NCBI GenBank assembly: GCA_947495125.1
Contig: CANLXL010000004.1
Coordinates: forward strand, 84,322-148,321
Origin: an uncultured Flaviramulus sp.
Lineage (GTDB): Bacteria; Bacteroidota; Bacteroidia; Flavobacteriales; Flavobacteriaceae
Reading direction: 5' to 3'
Length of the DNA: 64,000 nucleotides
The position numbers and the translations under genes were made by a program. Below the pieces are notes generated by a model. That model ran no database searches. It was given only the letters and a program-made list of their open reading frames with translations, and had not been told where the DNA came from. Shown here piece by piece: positions 51,505-61,766 of the stretch. Each line of letters starts with the position of its first letter. Position 1 is the stretch's first letter.

Positions 51505-52962
51505 TTATCTATTAATCAAACCTAATAGTTGATCCTCAAAATTATGTGAGAATAAATTTGTATTACTCGTTACAATTTTACTGTGCTTATCAATGATGAT
51601 AGTTTTAGTCAGAGGTTGAATAGCAAGTGCTTTAATAGCGTATTTAGGGTCTTTAAACTGGTATTCATTTTGAATGCTAAAATGATTTTTTATTAGCACT
51701 TTTTTTGAGGCTGCCAATCCACAATCATTTATATTTATGGAAATAAATTTCACCTCCGGATATTTAATTTTCAACTCCTTAATTTTATAGCGACTCTCTT
51801 TAAAATGGGTGTAATACTTATGAGACCAAAAGCTAATAACCGTTGGTGAACCCACTAAAGCATTAATATTTGATATGCCGTTATTATGATCTAAAATTTT
51901 AATACTAGGGAGTTTATCACCCGCTTTTAAATTATTGATAGACATGGCATAACTGTTAATCATGGCATTATTTTCCTCATTGGTGCTTTTGCTCAAGTAA
52001 AAATTTAAAATGGCTTGATTGTTTTCAATATTTTTACTTTTAGTAACATAATTAATAGTACTTAAATATAGCAGGTGGTTCTTTATTTCTGCATTGGATA
52101 CTACACTATCAATTAGCGTCATTTTATCAATATTATAGCATGTATTCCATCGGTTAATATGATGCTGCTTTGAATGTTCAAAATGGGTGTTAAGGGCCAG
52201 GTTATTAAAGCTGTTTCTTAAAAACTTCAAATAATTATAATCCTTTTGTAGAAACACATCGTTGTAGTTAATATTTTTTCTGTAACTATAAAAATCATCA
52301 GGAATAGATTTAAAAACGTCATTTTTATGGCTTCTATAGTGAATAATTGGGTAAATTTCTTTACTATTATAATAGCTGTAATCTATGTTCGATTTAGCCA
52401 CTTTATTAAATAAATCCGAGGTTTTATACTTCGCTTTAAATGCATTTAGCTTTTTATACTTAAGCACCATCAAAGAGTCAATTTTATCTTCAAAATCTTC
52501 AGGGTCTAGAAGGCAGTATTTATAAACCTTTTTTTCATCAATTTCATTTTGCAAGAACTCATTAATCAAATAGTTGTTTTTCTTTGCTCCAACGCCGGTA
52601 TAAACCAAAGATTCGTCAAAATCTAAGGTGTTTAACCGAAGCATAATACTATCCTGAGGTTCGAGCAGCACCATTTGAAATTCCAAACCATCAGCGGCTT
52701 GTAAACTAAAACTATACATGCCAGGCTCAAAGTCATCCAATTTATATAAAAACCTATTTTTTGAATTGAGTTTTAAGGTATCTATAATCTTATCTGAATA
52801 AGATAGAATAACCTCATTATTTATCGGACTGATAATTTCACCTCCTAAATAAGTAAAATGACCTTCTGTTTTCTTAGCGTCGTCATTGCAACCAAGAATT
52901 GTAAGTGTTATTAGTCCTATTAAAAAATAAAGTTTCATAGATCCCTCCCGAAAACGATTCAT
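51505..52962 (-). CDS. TlpA-like thioredoxin-fold lipoprotein lacking the CxxC motif
   Basis: The C-terminal thioredoxin-fold region reads VISFWSHKYYTHF where WCxxC is expected. Lipobox LTILGCNDD. The likely true start is MKLYF at 52938. Confidence 0.75.
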   Translation of the reverse strand: MNRFREGSMKLYFLIGLITLTILGCNDDAKKTEGHFTYLGGEIISPINNEVILSYSDKIIDTLKLNSKNRFLYKLDDFEPGMYSFSLQAADGLEFQMVLLEPQDSIMLRLNTLDFDESLVYTGVGAKKNNYLINEFLQNEIDEKKVYKYCLLDPEDFEDKIDSLMVLKYKKLNAFKAKYKTSDLFNKVAKSNIDYSYYNSKEIYPIIHYRSHKNDVFKSIPDDFYSYRKNINYNDVFLQKDYNYLKFLRNSFNNLALNTHFEHSKQHHINRWNTCYNIDKMTLIDSVVSNAEIKNHLLYLSTINYVTKSKNIENNQAILNFYLSKSTNEENNAMINSYAMSINNLKAGDKLPSIKILDHNNGISNINALVGSPTVISFWSHKYYTHFKESRYKIKELKIKYPEVKFISININDCGLAASKKVLIKNHFSIQNEYQFKDPKYAIKALAIQPLTKTIIIDKHSKIVTSNTNLFSHNFEDQLLGLINR

Positions 52963-53127
52963 TTGTATTTATATATACAAAAATATAAGTTGTATTTATA
53001 AAGTGCTGTTAATGGGCTGTTAAATGTTAGAATTACTGGGTGTATCGCAAAAAACGAGGTTGAATGAAAGATATATTTAATCTGGATTAAATTTAGAAAC
53101 TATGTTTTGTTTACGGATGGAATTCTC

Positions 53128-53135
53128 TACTTTTG
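53128..53135 (+). promoter_or_regulatory. -7 promoter box TACTTTTG for the ABC-F gene
   Basis: Matches TAnnTTTG. It implies a 5' leader of about 105 nt before the ATG at 53249. Confidence 0.45.
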
Positions 53136-53248
53136 CACAAACTTACAAAAAAGGTCTATGTCAAGGAGTATGCCTTATTAATTTGTAAGTTCATGAAGAC
53201 CTATTTAATAAAATAAAAGATTTCTGAGTAAAAATTAAAGTAAGCATT

Positions 53249-54874
53249 ATGTTATCAGTTTCTAATCTATCGGTTCAATTTGGAAAGCGCGTTCTTTTTG
53301 ATGAAGTTAATACGACCTTCAACAATGGTAATTGCTATGGTATTATAGGTGCAAACGGTTCAGGAAAGTCTACGTTTTTAAAGATCATTTCAGGGAAACA
53401 AGAGGCAACCTCGGGACACGTGTCTTTAGAGTCCGGTAAACGTATGTCGGTATTAGAACAGAATCACAATGTATATGATGAACATAGCGTTCTGGAAACC
53501 GTTTTAATGGGAAATAAGCCTCTTTTTAAAATTAAGACTGAAATTGATAGGCTTTATGCTGATTATTCTGATGAAAATGCCGATAAAATTGGAGAGCTTC
53601 AAGTACAATTTGAAGAAATGGATGGATGGAATGCTGATAGTAATGCAGCTTCAATGTTATCTAATTTGGGTATAAAAGAGGAATTTCATTATACCTTAAT
53701 GGCAGACTTAGATGGAAAACAAAAAGTACGCGTGTTATTAGCGCAGGCTTTATTTGGAAATCCAGATGTGTTAATCATGGATGAGCCTACCAACGATTTG
53801 GATTACGAAACGATTTCGTGGTTAGAAAATTTTCTGGCTAATTATGAAAACTGTGTAATAGTCGTGTCTCACGACCGTCATTTTTTAGATGCGGTTTGTA
53901 CGCATATTTCCGATATCGATTTTGGGAAAATAAACCATTACTCAGGAAATTATACATTTTGGTATGAGTCTTCACAATTGGCTGCAAGACAACATGCCCA
54001 ACAAAATAAGAAAGCAGAAGAAAAGAAAAAGGAATTGGAAGAGTTTATTCGTCGCTTTTCGGCTAATGTGGCAAAGAGTAAACAGGCTACCAGTAGAAAG
54101 AAGATGATTGAAAAGTTGAATATTGCTGATATTAGAAGAACTAGTCGTCGCTATCCTGCTATCATTTTTGAACGCGATAGAGAAGCTGGAGATCAAATTT
54201 TAAATGTAGAAGGATTAGCAGCGTCAATTGATGGAGAAATTTTGTTTAGAAATATTGATTTAAACCTGGCGAAAGGAGACAAGGTGGTTGTATTTTCAAG
54301 AGATTCAAGAGCAACTACCGCGTTTTATCAAATTATAAATAATAAGGAAAAGGCCGAAGCCGGTAAGTTTGCATGGGGCGTAACCACAACACAATCCTAT
54401 TTACCACTGGATAATAGTGAATTTTTTAATAACAATTTAACCCTTGTAGATTGGTTACGCCAGTGGGCAACCACGGAAGAAGAACGTGAAGAAGTTCATA
54501 TTCGGGGGTTTTTAGGAAAAATGATTTTTAGTGGTGAAGAAGCGCTTAAAAAATCTAACGTGCTTTCCGGGGGCGAAAAAGTACGTTGTATGCTTAGTAG
54601 AATGATGATGACCAGAGCAAACGTTTTACAACTGGATGAACCAACGAACCATTTGGATTTAGAAAGTATTACGGCCTTCAATAATTCGCTTAAAAATTTT
54701 AAAGGCACCATTTTGTTTACCACACATGATCACGAATTTGCTCAAACGGTTGCTAATAGAGTTGTAGAGCTAACACCTAACGGCATTATAGATAGATACA
54801 CAACGTTTGATGAGTATATGCAAGATTCTAAAATAAAAGAATTGCGTAATAAAATGTACGCGGTTACCGTTTAG
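53249..54874 (+). CDS. ABC-F family ATPase (YbiT-like, two ABC cassettes, no TM domain)
   Basis: Two Walker A / signature sets (GANGSGKST, LSGGEKVR). Collinear with E. coli YbiT along the whole length (RFSANVAKSKQATSRKK linker). Confidence 0.92.
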   Translation: MLSVSNLSVQFGKRVLFDEVNTTFNNGNCYGIIGANGSGKSTFLKIISGKQEATSGHVSLESGKRMSVLEQNHNVYDEHSVLETVLMGNKPLFKIKTEIDRLYADYSDENADKIGELQVQFEEMDGWNADSNAASMLSNLGIKEEFHYTLMADLDGKQKVRVLLAQALFGNPDVLIMDEPTNDLDYETISWLENFLANYENCVIVVSHDRHFLDAVCTHISDIDFGKINHYSGNYTFWYESSQLAARQHAQQNKKAEEKKKELEEFIRRFSANVAKSKQATSRKKMIEKLNIADIRRTSRRYPAIIFERDREAGDQILNVEGLAASIDGEILFRNIDLNLAKGDKVVVFSRDSRATTAFYQIINNKEKAEAGKFAWGVTTTQSYLPLDNSEFFNNNLTLVDWLRQWATTEEEREEVHIRGFLGKMIFSGEEALKKSNVLSGGEKVRCMLSRMMMTRANVLQLDEPTNHLDLESITAFNNSLKNFKGTILFTTHDHEFAQTVANRVVELTPNGIIDRYTTFDEYMQDSKIKELRNKMYAVTV

Positions 54875-54899
54875 AACGGAACAAAAAGTATTAAAAAAA

Positions 54900-54938
54900 G
54901 GTTACTTGGAACGAACAGCTCTAAGCAACCATTTTTTT
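54900..54938. terminator. bidirectional intrinsic terminator
   Basis: Imperfect 11-bp stem GGTTACTTGGA / TCTAAGCAACC, preceded by A7 and followed by T7, between convergent genes. Confidence 0.65.
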
Positions 54939-54948
54939 ATGGAAAAGT

Positions 54949-55188
54949 TTAGGCTTTCAAATCCACATTGATACGTTCAATAATTTCTACGGCTTCATCG
55001 AGTTCATCATTATTGACAAAAATCTCCTGAAACCCCGGAATAATACCACCGCCAAAACCGGCTAATCTGGCAGATTCTGTTTGATCCTTTACAATGGCAT
55101 TAATGTTTATTTTTTTTAACTCGTTTATAATACGTTGGACAATAATAAAGTTACCCGTATATATTTTTATAAAATTTGAATTTGTCAT
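54949..55188 (-). CDS. DUF2007-like small putative signal-transducing protein
   Basis: 79 aa. The pattern IYTGNFIIVQRIINELKKININAIVKD ... DELDEAVEII is typical of this family. Confidence 0.7.
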   Translation of the reverse strand: MTNSNFIKIYTGNFIIVQRIINELKKININAIVKDQTESARLAGFGGGIIPGFQEIFVNNDELDEAVEIIERINVDLKA

Positions 55189-55343
55189 AGCATTAGGTTT
55201 TATACGTTCTTTCTTAAAGATACGAAATATTTTATAAAGTAATATTAAAGAAAACTTAATATTTTGAGTAAAAACTAAAGGATAAATTCACTAAATTGAT
55301 AGCTGAAAATTCGATATTTTTAATAGAAATTAAACTAATTATA

Positions 55344-56171
55344 ATGAAGGCGATTAAATTTTTTTTAGTGATAACTATGTTCGTTTTGATTGGATGTAAT
55401 ACCAATCAAAAGCCATTGGAAGCGCATGAAAACTCTAATATGAATACCTTTCAATTCAGTGAAATAGTCGATTTAACACACGATTTTTCTAAAGAAACCA
55501 TTTATTGGGTTACGGCAAAAGAATTTGAATTAGATGTTGTTGCTCACGGTGAAACGGAACACGGGTTCTTCTATGCCGCGAATAACTTTACCACAGCCGA
55601 ACATGGAGGGACTCATATAGACGCTCCAATTCACTTTGCTGAAGACGGCCAAACCGTAGATGAAATACCGGTTGAAAACCTTGTTGGGCATGCGATTAAG
55701 ATTGATGTATCTAAAAAAGCCCTTAAAGATCGGGACTACCTTATAAGTATTGATGATTTCCTGAATTGGGAGAAAAGAGAAAACATGCAGATTCCGGATG
55801 GGTGCATTGTACTGTTAGAAACTGGTTTTTCAAGGTTCTATCCGAATAAATTAAAGTATTTAGGAACAGAAATGCGAGGACCTGAAGCGGTAAAGGATTT
55901 GCATTTTCCGGGCCTTTCACCGGAGGCAGCAGAATGGTTGGTGAAGAACAGAAATATTCATTCTATAGGAATAGATACACCAAGTATAGATTATGGACAA
56001 TCAGAAAAATTTAAAACCCACGTTATTCTTCTGGGTGAGAATATTCCAGCTTTCGAAAACTTGACCAATGTGGATCAGTTACCTTCAAAAGGCTTTACTA
56101 TTATTGCGTTACCTATGAAAATTAAAGGCGGTAGCGGCGGACCATTACGTATAATTGCGCTGGTTAAATAA
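55344..56171 (+). CDS. cyclase-family protein (kynurenine formamidase-like), lipoprotein
   Basis: HGGTHIDAPIHF metal-binding motif. Lipobox FVLIGCN. The ATG at 55344 (MKAIKFF) is preferred to the TTG at 55296. Confidence 0.85.
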   Translation: MKAIKFFLVITMFVLIGCNTNQKPLEAHENSNMNTFQFSEIVDLTHDFSKETIYWVTAKEFELDVVAHGETEHGFFYAANNFTTAEHGGTHIDAPIHFAEDGQTVDEIPVENLVGHAIKIDVSKKALKDRDYLISIDDFLNWEKRENMQIPDGCIVLLETGFSRFYPNKLKYLGTEMRGPEAVKDLHFPGLSPEAAEWLVKNRNIHSIGIDTPSIDYGQSEKFKTHVILLGENIPAFENLTNVDQLPSKGFTIIALPMKIKGGSGGPLRIIALVK

Positions 56172-56251
56172 ACACTGAAATTTTAAAATAAAAAATATGT
56201 TATGAAAGTGAATTTCAGGTTTTCACTTCCTGAATTTATGTTTTAATGTGA

Positions 56252-57106
56252 TTAAAACGACCCAACAATTCCAATTTTACTTCCTGAAAAACGAAAGTTC
56301 CAGGATACAAGTTTCTTCTCTTTGGTTTTGTAGGTATAAGCATTTGTGTTAAATAGAAATTTATCTATGGCATCAACAACCGCAATACTTAAAACGGAAC
56401 TAACAGCAATGTCCGTTAGCCAGTGTGCACCCTTAAAAAGCCTTGAAATTGGTACTACGGCACCTAAGGAATAAATCCCCACTTTTGTCCAGATATTATC
56501 AAACTGTTTTGCGATGGCGTGAGAGATTGTCATAGATAACACGGCGTGTCCGGATGGAAATGAATGGAATTGAGGTTCATTTGACCAAAATCTAAATGCT
56601 GTACTTTTAAATTCATTTCCCGGGCGAGCTCTGCCAAAGGCGGTTTTGCTGATACTTTGAAGTAGACCGGTAGTAAACGAGGAAGAAATAATGAGGACAC
56701 TTGTTTTTCTAATCTTTTCATTTTTAGTAAATAACCCATAACCATATAAACCGGCATTGGCTATAAAATAAACCTGTGGGCTTCCAAATCTTGTACCAAA
56801 TTCCTGAAAGGCATTTGGTACACTTGATTCCTGACGGGCGAAAAACACATTAGCTTCATCATCAATTGTAGAAAGGGCAAAAGCTCCTAAAGCAATGGTA
56901 CCTAACGTTGTAAAATCCTTTTTTTTCCAATGAAATGGCTGGCTAAAGGAATGTCTAATACTCAAAAGTGTTTGCTTTGCATCATAAAGAGCCAATTGAC
57001 CAATAGTAGCCGTATCTTTTTTCTTTTCTCGGTCTACTTGTTGTGCGCTTAATCTAAAAGTGATTAGCAATATAGAAATTAGATATAAACCTTTTCTTAA
57101 TGTCAT
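56252..57106 (-). CDS. PAP2-superfamily phosphatase
   Basis: KTAFGRARP, PSGH and SRLFKGAHWLTD acid-phosphatase motifs. Has a signal peptide. Confidence 0.85.
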   Translation of the reverse strand: MTLRKGLYLISILLITFRLSAQQVDREKKKDTATIGQLALYDAKQTLLSIRHSFSQPFHWKKKDFTTLGTIALGAFALSTIDDEANVFFARQESSVPNAFQEFGTRFGSPQVYFIANAGLYGYGLFTKNEKIRKTSVLIISSSFTTGLLQSISKTAFGRARPGNEFKSTAFRFWSNEPQFHSFPSGHAVLSMTISHAIAKQFDNIWTKVGIYSLGAVVPISRLFKGAHWLTDIAVSSVLSIAVVDAIDKFLFNTNAYTYKTKEKKLVSWNFRFSGSKIGIVGSF

Positions 57107-57107
57107 G

Positions 57108-59534
57108 TTATCTTAACTCAGCACCTAATTGTTTTTCAAAACTGGTTTGTAATTTGCGCATGATTTTATCTATTTGCTTATCTGTGAGTGTTTTGTTTTC
57201 GTCTTGCAAAGTGAAACTAACGGCGTAACTTTTCTTCCCTTTAGGTAGGTTTTTACCTTGATAGACATCAAATAAGTTTACGCGCTTAAGCAGTTGTTTT
57301 TCACTTTGTTTGGCCATCTTATAAATCGCTTCAAAAGTAACGGTTTCATCCAGTAACAATGCGAAATCTCGACGTACCTCAGGATATTTCGGAATATCTT
57401 TAAATGTGATTTTGTTCCGCTTTACGAGGTCTAAAATATTATCCCAGTTGAAATCAGCGCACAGAACATCTTGAGAAATATCAAAGTGTTTTAGAACAGT
57501 TTTCTTTACAAGACCAAAATCTACTAATTTAAATTTACCTAAACTTAAGGAAAGGCCTTCGCTGAATAAATCATTCTTTATAGGTGATTCCTGGAATCCC
57601 GAAATACCCAAACGTTCTAATAAAGAGAGCACAGACCCCTTCATGAAAAAGAAATCACTTTTTGTACTGGAAGAATGCCAATTCTCTTGAGTTTTATTCC
57701 CAGTAGCAAATAAGGTTAGATGCTTAAGTTCTTTCCTGGAATCGCTATAATTATGGTATGTTTTTCCAAATTCGAAAAACTTTAAATGGCCTCGTTTTCT
57801 ATTAATATTATATTTTAATGCTTCTAACCCCGAAAATAATAAAGATTGCCTTAAAACAGATAAGTCACTACTTAAAGGATTAAGCATAGAAATATTATGC
57901 TCTTCTTTTAATTGCTCACTTAAAGCAATGTAATTGGGCGTAGTAAGTGAATTAGATAAAATTTCATAATATCCCTGAGAAGCTAACTGGTTACCAATAA
58001 TATTTTGAACTTTATGATCTTCAAAACGTGATGTTTTAGAAATTGAAGCATTTAATTTTTCGGTTATTTTAATATTGTTATAACCGTATACTCTTAAGAT
58101 TTCTTCAATAATATCGGCTTCACGTTGTACATCATTTCTATAGGCGGGTACGGTTAAACCTAAACCCGCTTCAGTAACATTATTAACTTTGATATCTAAA
58201 GAGGTTAAGATACCTTTTATAGTTTCTCTAGGGATTTCTTCTCCAATCAATTTTTTTGCATTATCGAAACTCAAACGCACTTGAAAATCTTCAATTTTGT
58301 TTGGATAGACATCAATTAAATCACTGGTAATTTCTCCACCGGCAAGTTCCTGAATTAATAAGGCCGCACGCTTTAAAGCATATTCGGTAATATTAGGGTC
58401 AATACCGCGTTCAAATCTAAACGATGCATCTGTATTCAATGCATGTCGTTTAGCCGTTTTACGAATACTTACAGGGTTGAAATACGCGCTTTCTAAAAAT
58501 ATACTTGTTGTACTTTCGGTTACACCCGAATCAATACCACCGAAAACTCCCGCAATACACATAGGTTTTTCACCATCACAAATCATTAAATCGTCCTCAT
58601 GCAATTCACGTTCAATACCATCTAAGGTTGTAAATTTTGTGCCTGCCTTAACCGTTTTAACTTTAATTTTATGACCGCTTATTTTTACGGCATCGAAGGC
58701 GTGAAGCGGTTGTCCCAAATCGTGAAGTACGTAATTTGTGGCATCGACAATATTGTTAATAGGACTTAACCCAATAGCCTTTAAACGATGTTGGAGCCAA
58801 TCCGGAGATGCTTTAACTTTTAACCCGGAAATAGTAACGCCACAGTAACGCGGTGCCAGGTCTTTATTTACAACATCAATATCCACTTTTAGAGTGCGAT
58901 TTTCCGTATGAAAAGCACTCACCGATGGTGTAATGAGTTCTAAGTTTATGTCCTTTTGAACCAATCCTGCTTTTAAATCTCTGGCTGTTCCCAAATGACT
59001 CATAGCATCAGCTCTATTAGGTGTTAAACCAATTTCAAAAATGTGATCGTTTTCTATATCAAAAACATCAGAGGCAAGAGTTCCTACTTTAATGGTTTTA
59101 TCTAAAACCATGATACCATCATGTGAATGACCTAATCCCAATTCATCTTCAGCACAAATCATTCCATGGCTCACCTCACCACGAATCTTCCCTTTTTTAA
59201 TTGTCCAGAGTTCGCCTTCTTCAGTATAAAGTGTTGTTCCAATAGTGGCTACCGCTACTTTTTGTCCCGCTGCAACATTGGGAGCACCACAAACAATTTG
59301 CAACGGCGTATCCTCTCCAATGTTTACCGTAGTTAACTTTAACTTATCGGCATTGGGATGTTTAACACAGGTTAAAACTTCTCCAACAACCACACCTTCC
59401 AGCCCTCCTTTTACAGATTGGTAGGTATCAATGCCCTCAACTTCCAGACCCAGATCGGTAAGTAACTCGCTAGTTTGTTCGGGTGTCCAATCTATCTTTA
59501 TAAATTGTTTTAACCAATTGTATGAAATCTTCAT
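57108..59534 (-). CDS. pheT: phenylalanine--tRNA ligase beta subunit
   Basis: MKISYNWLKQF start, tRNA-binding OB domain, B3/4, B5 and FDX-ACB regions. 808 aa. Confidence 0.96.
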   Translation of the reverse strand: MKISYNWLKQFIKIDWTPEQTSELLTDLGLEVEGIDTYQSVKGGLEGVVVGEVLTCVKHPNADKLKLTTVNIGEDTPLQIVCGAPNVAAGQKVAVATIGTTLYTEEGELWTIKKGKIRGEVSHGMICAEDELGLGHSHDGIMVLDKTIKVGTLASDVFDIENDHIFEIGLTPNRADAMSHLGTARDLKAGLVQKDINLELITPSVSAFHTENRTLKVDIDVVNKDLAPRYCGVTISGLKVKASPDWLQHRLKAIGLSPINNIVDATNYVLHDLGQPLHAFDAVKISGHKIKVKTVKAGTKFTTLDGIERELHEDDLMICDGEKPMCIAGVFGGIDSGVTESTTSIFLESAYFNPVSIRKTAKRHALNTDASFRFERGIDPNITEYALKRAALLIQELAGGEITSDLIDVYPNKIEDFQVRLSFDNAKKLIGEEIPRETIKGILTSLDIKVNNVTEAGLGLTVPAYRNDVQREADIIEEILRVYGYNNIKITEKLNASISKTSRFEDHKVQNIIGNQLASQGYYEILSNSLTTPNYIALSEQLKEEHNISMLNPLSSDLSVLRQSLLFSGLEALKYNINRKRGHLKFFEFGKTYHNYSDSRKELKHLTLFATGNKTQENWHSSSTKSDFFFMKGSVLSLLERLGISGFQESPIKNDLFSEGLSLSLGKFKLVDFGLVKKTVLKHFDISQDVLCADFNWDNILDLVKRNKITFKDIPKYPEVRRDFALLLDETVTFEAIYKMAKQSEKQLLKRVNLFDVYQGKNLPKGKKSYAVSFTLQDENKTLTDKQIDKIMRKLQTSFEKQLGAELR

Positions 59535-59689
59535 AAGCGATATGCTGTTTTAAAGTGGACAAAGATAAATTATTGAAATGAGCATTCAAACATTGCGAGA
59601 TGATTTATGAAAGTAAAAAGTACAATTAATAACTTTTATATATTAGTATATTATCGTTATTTCGAAGAACCAATTCAACAGCTGTATTT

Positions 59690-60907
59690 ATGAAACATAT
59701 CATAATGGTTATCTCAATTTTTATACTAATCTCTTGTCAAAGAGAAAAGGAAATTGATAAGCTGGAATTAGGCACATATCGGGCTATTTTGAAAGTGAAC
59801 GATTCTACTGAACTCCCTTTTAGTTTTGAACTTTTAGGAGAAAAGAAACTGCATATTTTTAATGCTGCAGAGGTTATTGAAGTCGATGACATTACCTATA
59901 AAAATGACTCTGTTTATATAAAAATGCCTGTGTTTGAAGGTTATATTGTCGCCAAAGTTAATGGGGATGGGATGCGTGGTAATTTTGTTAAAGAAAGTTT
60001 GAATCGCATCGTTCCTTTTTCGGCCATAGCCAATAATAATAAACGTTTTTATATACAACATGGGAGCGCTTTAACAGATGTATCTGGCAACTGGGAAACG
60101 ATTTTTAGCCCGGATTCTGTGGAGGACAAGTATATCGCGAAAGGAATGTTTAAGCAAAAAGGACATATAGTTACAGGAACCTTTAGAACGACAACTGGTG
60201 ACTATCGTTATTTAGAAGGGGTATTGGATGGTGAAGAACTAAAACTTTCAACTTTTGATGGCGCTCATGCGTTTTTATTTACCGCTAAAGTAACCGATAG
60301 CACCATGAACGGGATGTTCTATTCAGGAAATCATTGGAAAGAACCTTTTAGAGCGGTAAGGAACGAAACTTACGAACTACCCGATGCTCATACCTTAACG
60401 TTCTTGAAATCGGGTTATGATAAGTTTGAGTTTTCATTTCCCGATATATATGGAAATACGGTGTCTTTGAAGGATGATCGTTTTAAAAATAAAGTTGTTT
60501 TAGTTCAAATCATGGGAACCTGGTGCCCGAATTGTTTAGATGAAACTAAATTTTACAGTTCGTTTTATAAGCATTTAAACAGAGAAGATTTTGAAATCGT
60601 GGCTTTGGCTTTTGAGTATGCGAAGACCAAAGAAAAGGCTTTCGGGAGCATCAAAAGGCTTCAAGAAAGGATAGGCGTGACATACCCTATACTTTTAGCA
60701 CAATTTGGTTCTTCAAGTAAGAAAGCAGCTCGGGAAAAACTGCCCATGTTAAATCATGTATTGTCCTATCCCACCTCCATTTTTATTGATAAAAAAGGAG
60801 TGGTAAGAAAGATTCATACGGGGTTTGACGGACCGGCAACAGGGGAAGCACACGCAGTTTTTAAGAACGAATTCAATACGTTTGTTAATACATTACTAAG
60901 CGAATAA
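59690..60907 (+). CDS. TlpA-family thiol:disulfide oxidoreductase lipoprotein (active CxxC)
   Basis: Lipobox (ILISCQ). WCPNC active site within the C-terminal thioredoxin fold. Confidence 0.85.
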   Translation: MKHIIMVISIFILISCQREKEIDKLELGTYRAILKVNDSTELPFSFELLGEKKLHIFNAAEVIEVDDITYKNDSVYIKMPVFEGYIVAKVNGDGMRGNFVKESLNRIVPFSAIANNNKRFYIQHGSALTDVSGNWETIFSPDSVEDKYIAKGMFKQKGHIVTGTFRTTTGDYRYLEGVLDGEELKLSTFDGAHAFLFTAKVTDSTMNGMFYSGNHWKEPFRAVRNETYELPDAHTLTFLKSGYDKFEFSFPDIYGNTVSLKDDRFKNKVVLVQIMGTWCPNCLDETKFYSSFYKHLNREDFEIVALAFEYAKTKEKAFGSIKRLQERIGVTYPILLAQFGSSSKKAAREKLPMLNHVLSYPTSIFIDKKGVVRKIHTGFDGPATGEAHAVFKNEFNTFVNTLLSE

Positions 60908-60914
60908 ACTTAGC

Positions 60915-61712
60915 TTACCATTCTCGTTTTTTGTTTAATTCTTCAAGAGCTTCAAGTTCCTTTTGCGGAATAACTTTTAAAAAGGACGGATGTTGTTCAA
61001 TGGCATATTCTATACGCTTTACAATCTCTTCGGTGGTCTCGTTATCGTAGTCAATATCTAAAGGCTCTTTAATTTCAAAGGATTGCAGAATGTTTTTCTT
61101 TTTTATTCTCAAGCCCTTTTTATCAAAAGATCGTCTAAATCCATCAATAACAATAGGGACAACAATAGGTTTGTATCGCTTAATAATATGTGCCGTTCCT
61201 TTTCTGATGGGCTTAAATGGTGTCGTTGTACCTTGTGGGAATGTAATCACCCAACCATCATCAAGAGCCTTGCCTATATTGGAAATATCACTCATTTTCA
61301 CCTGTCTGTTTACTTCCTTACCTTCCGATCTCCAGGTACGCTCAATACTCACAGAGCCCACATAAGCCAAAACTTTTGGTAATAATCCGGCTTTCATGGT
61401 TTCCTTTGCAGCGACATAATAGATGTTAAGTTTGGGGTTCCATAAGTATCCTACATTTTTTATGGAATCCACACGACCGCTTAAACTGGCATTGAAAACA
61501 TGAAACATAGAAACAACGTCGGCAAAATAGGTTTGATGATTAGAGATGAAAAGAACATTGGTATCCGGTAGCGCTTTAATGATTTCGGAACCCTCGATTT
61601 GGAGTTCATTAAATCCTCTAAAGCGTCTGTGAGTAATAGCTCCAAGCACTCGGATAAGCCACTTTTTTACGATAAGAATATGTCCGAATGGATTTCTCTT
61701 AAATAATCCCAT
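60915..61712 (-). CDS. lysophospholipid (1-acyl-sn-glycerol-3-phosphate) acyltransferase family protein
   Basis: HX4D motif (NHQTYFAD) and FPQGTT block. Confidence 0.82.
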   Translation of the reverse strand: MGLFKRNPFGHILIVKKWLIRVLGAITHRRFRGFNELQIEGSEIIKALPDTNVLFISNHQTYFADVVSMFHVFNASLSGRVDSIKNVGYLWNPKLNIYYVAAKETMKAGLLPKVLAYVGSVSIERTWRSEGKEVNRQVKMSDISNIGKALDDGWVITFPQGTTTPFKPIRKGTAHIIKRYKPIVVPIVIDGFRRSFDKKGLRIKKKNILQSFEIKEPLDIDYDNETTEEIVKRIEYAIEQHPSFLKVIPQKELEALEELNKKREW

Positions 61713-61766
61713 AAATCACACGTCAAAATATTAGTTAGTTATCGCAAATGTAATAAATCTATTAAA

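Noticed and set aside
56205-56228. GAAAGTGAAT, resembling one LytTR-type repeat unit, between convergent genes
   Set aside because: There is only one copy. It pairs with a downstream TTCACTT as an inverted repeat, so it reads as a convergent-gene terminator hairpin. There are no 21-bp phased partners.
61083-61382. Two overlapping plus-strand ORFs (99 and 91 aa) inside the acyltransferase gene
   Set aside because: They are antisense shadow ORFs in two frames over the same DNA. The minus-strand product has clear HX4D acyltransferase motifs.
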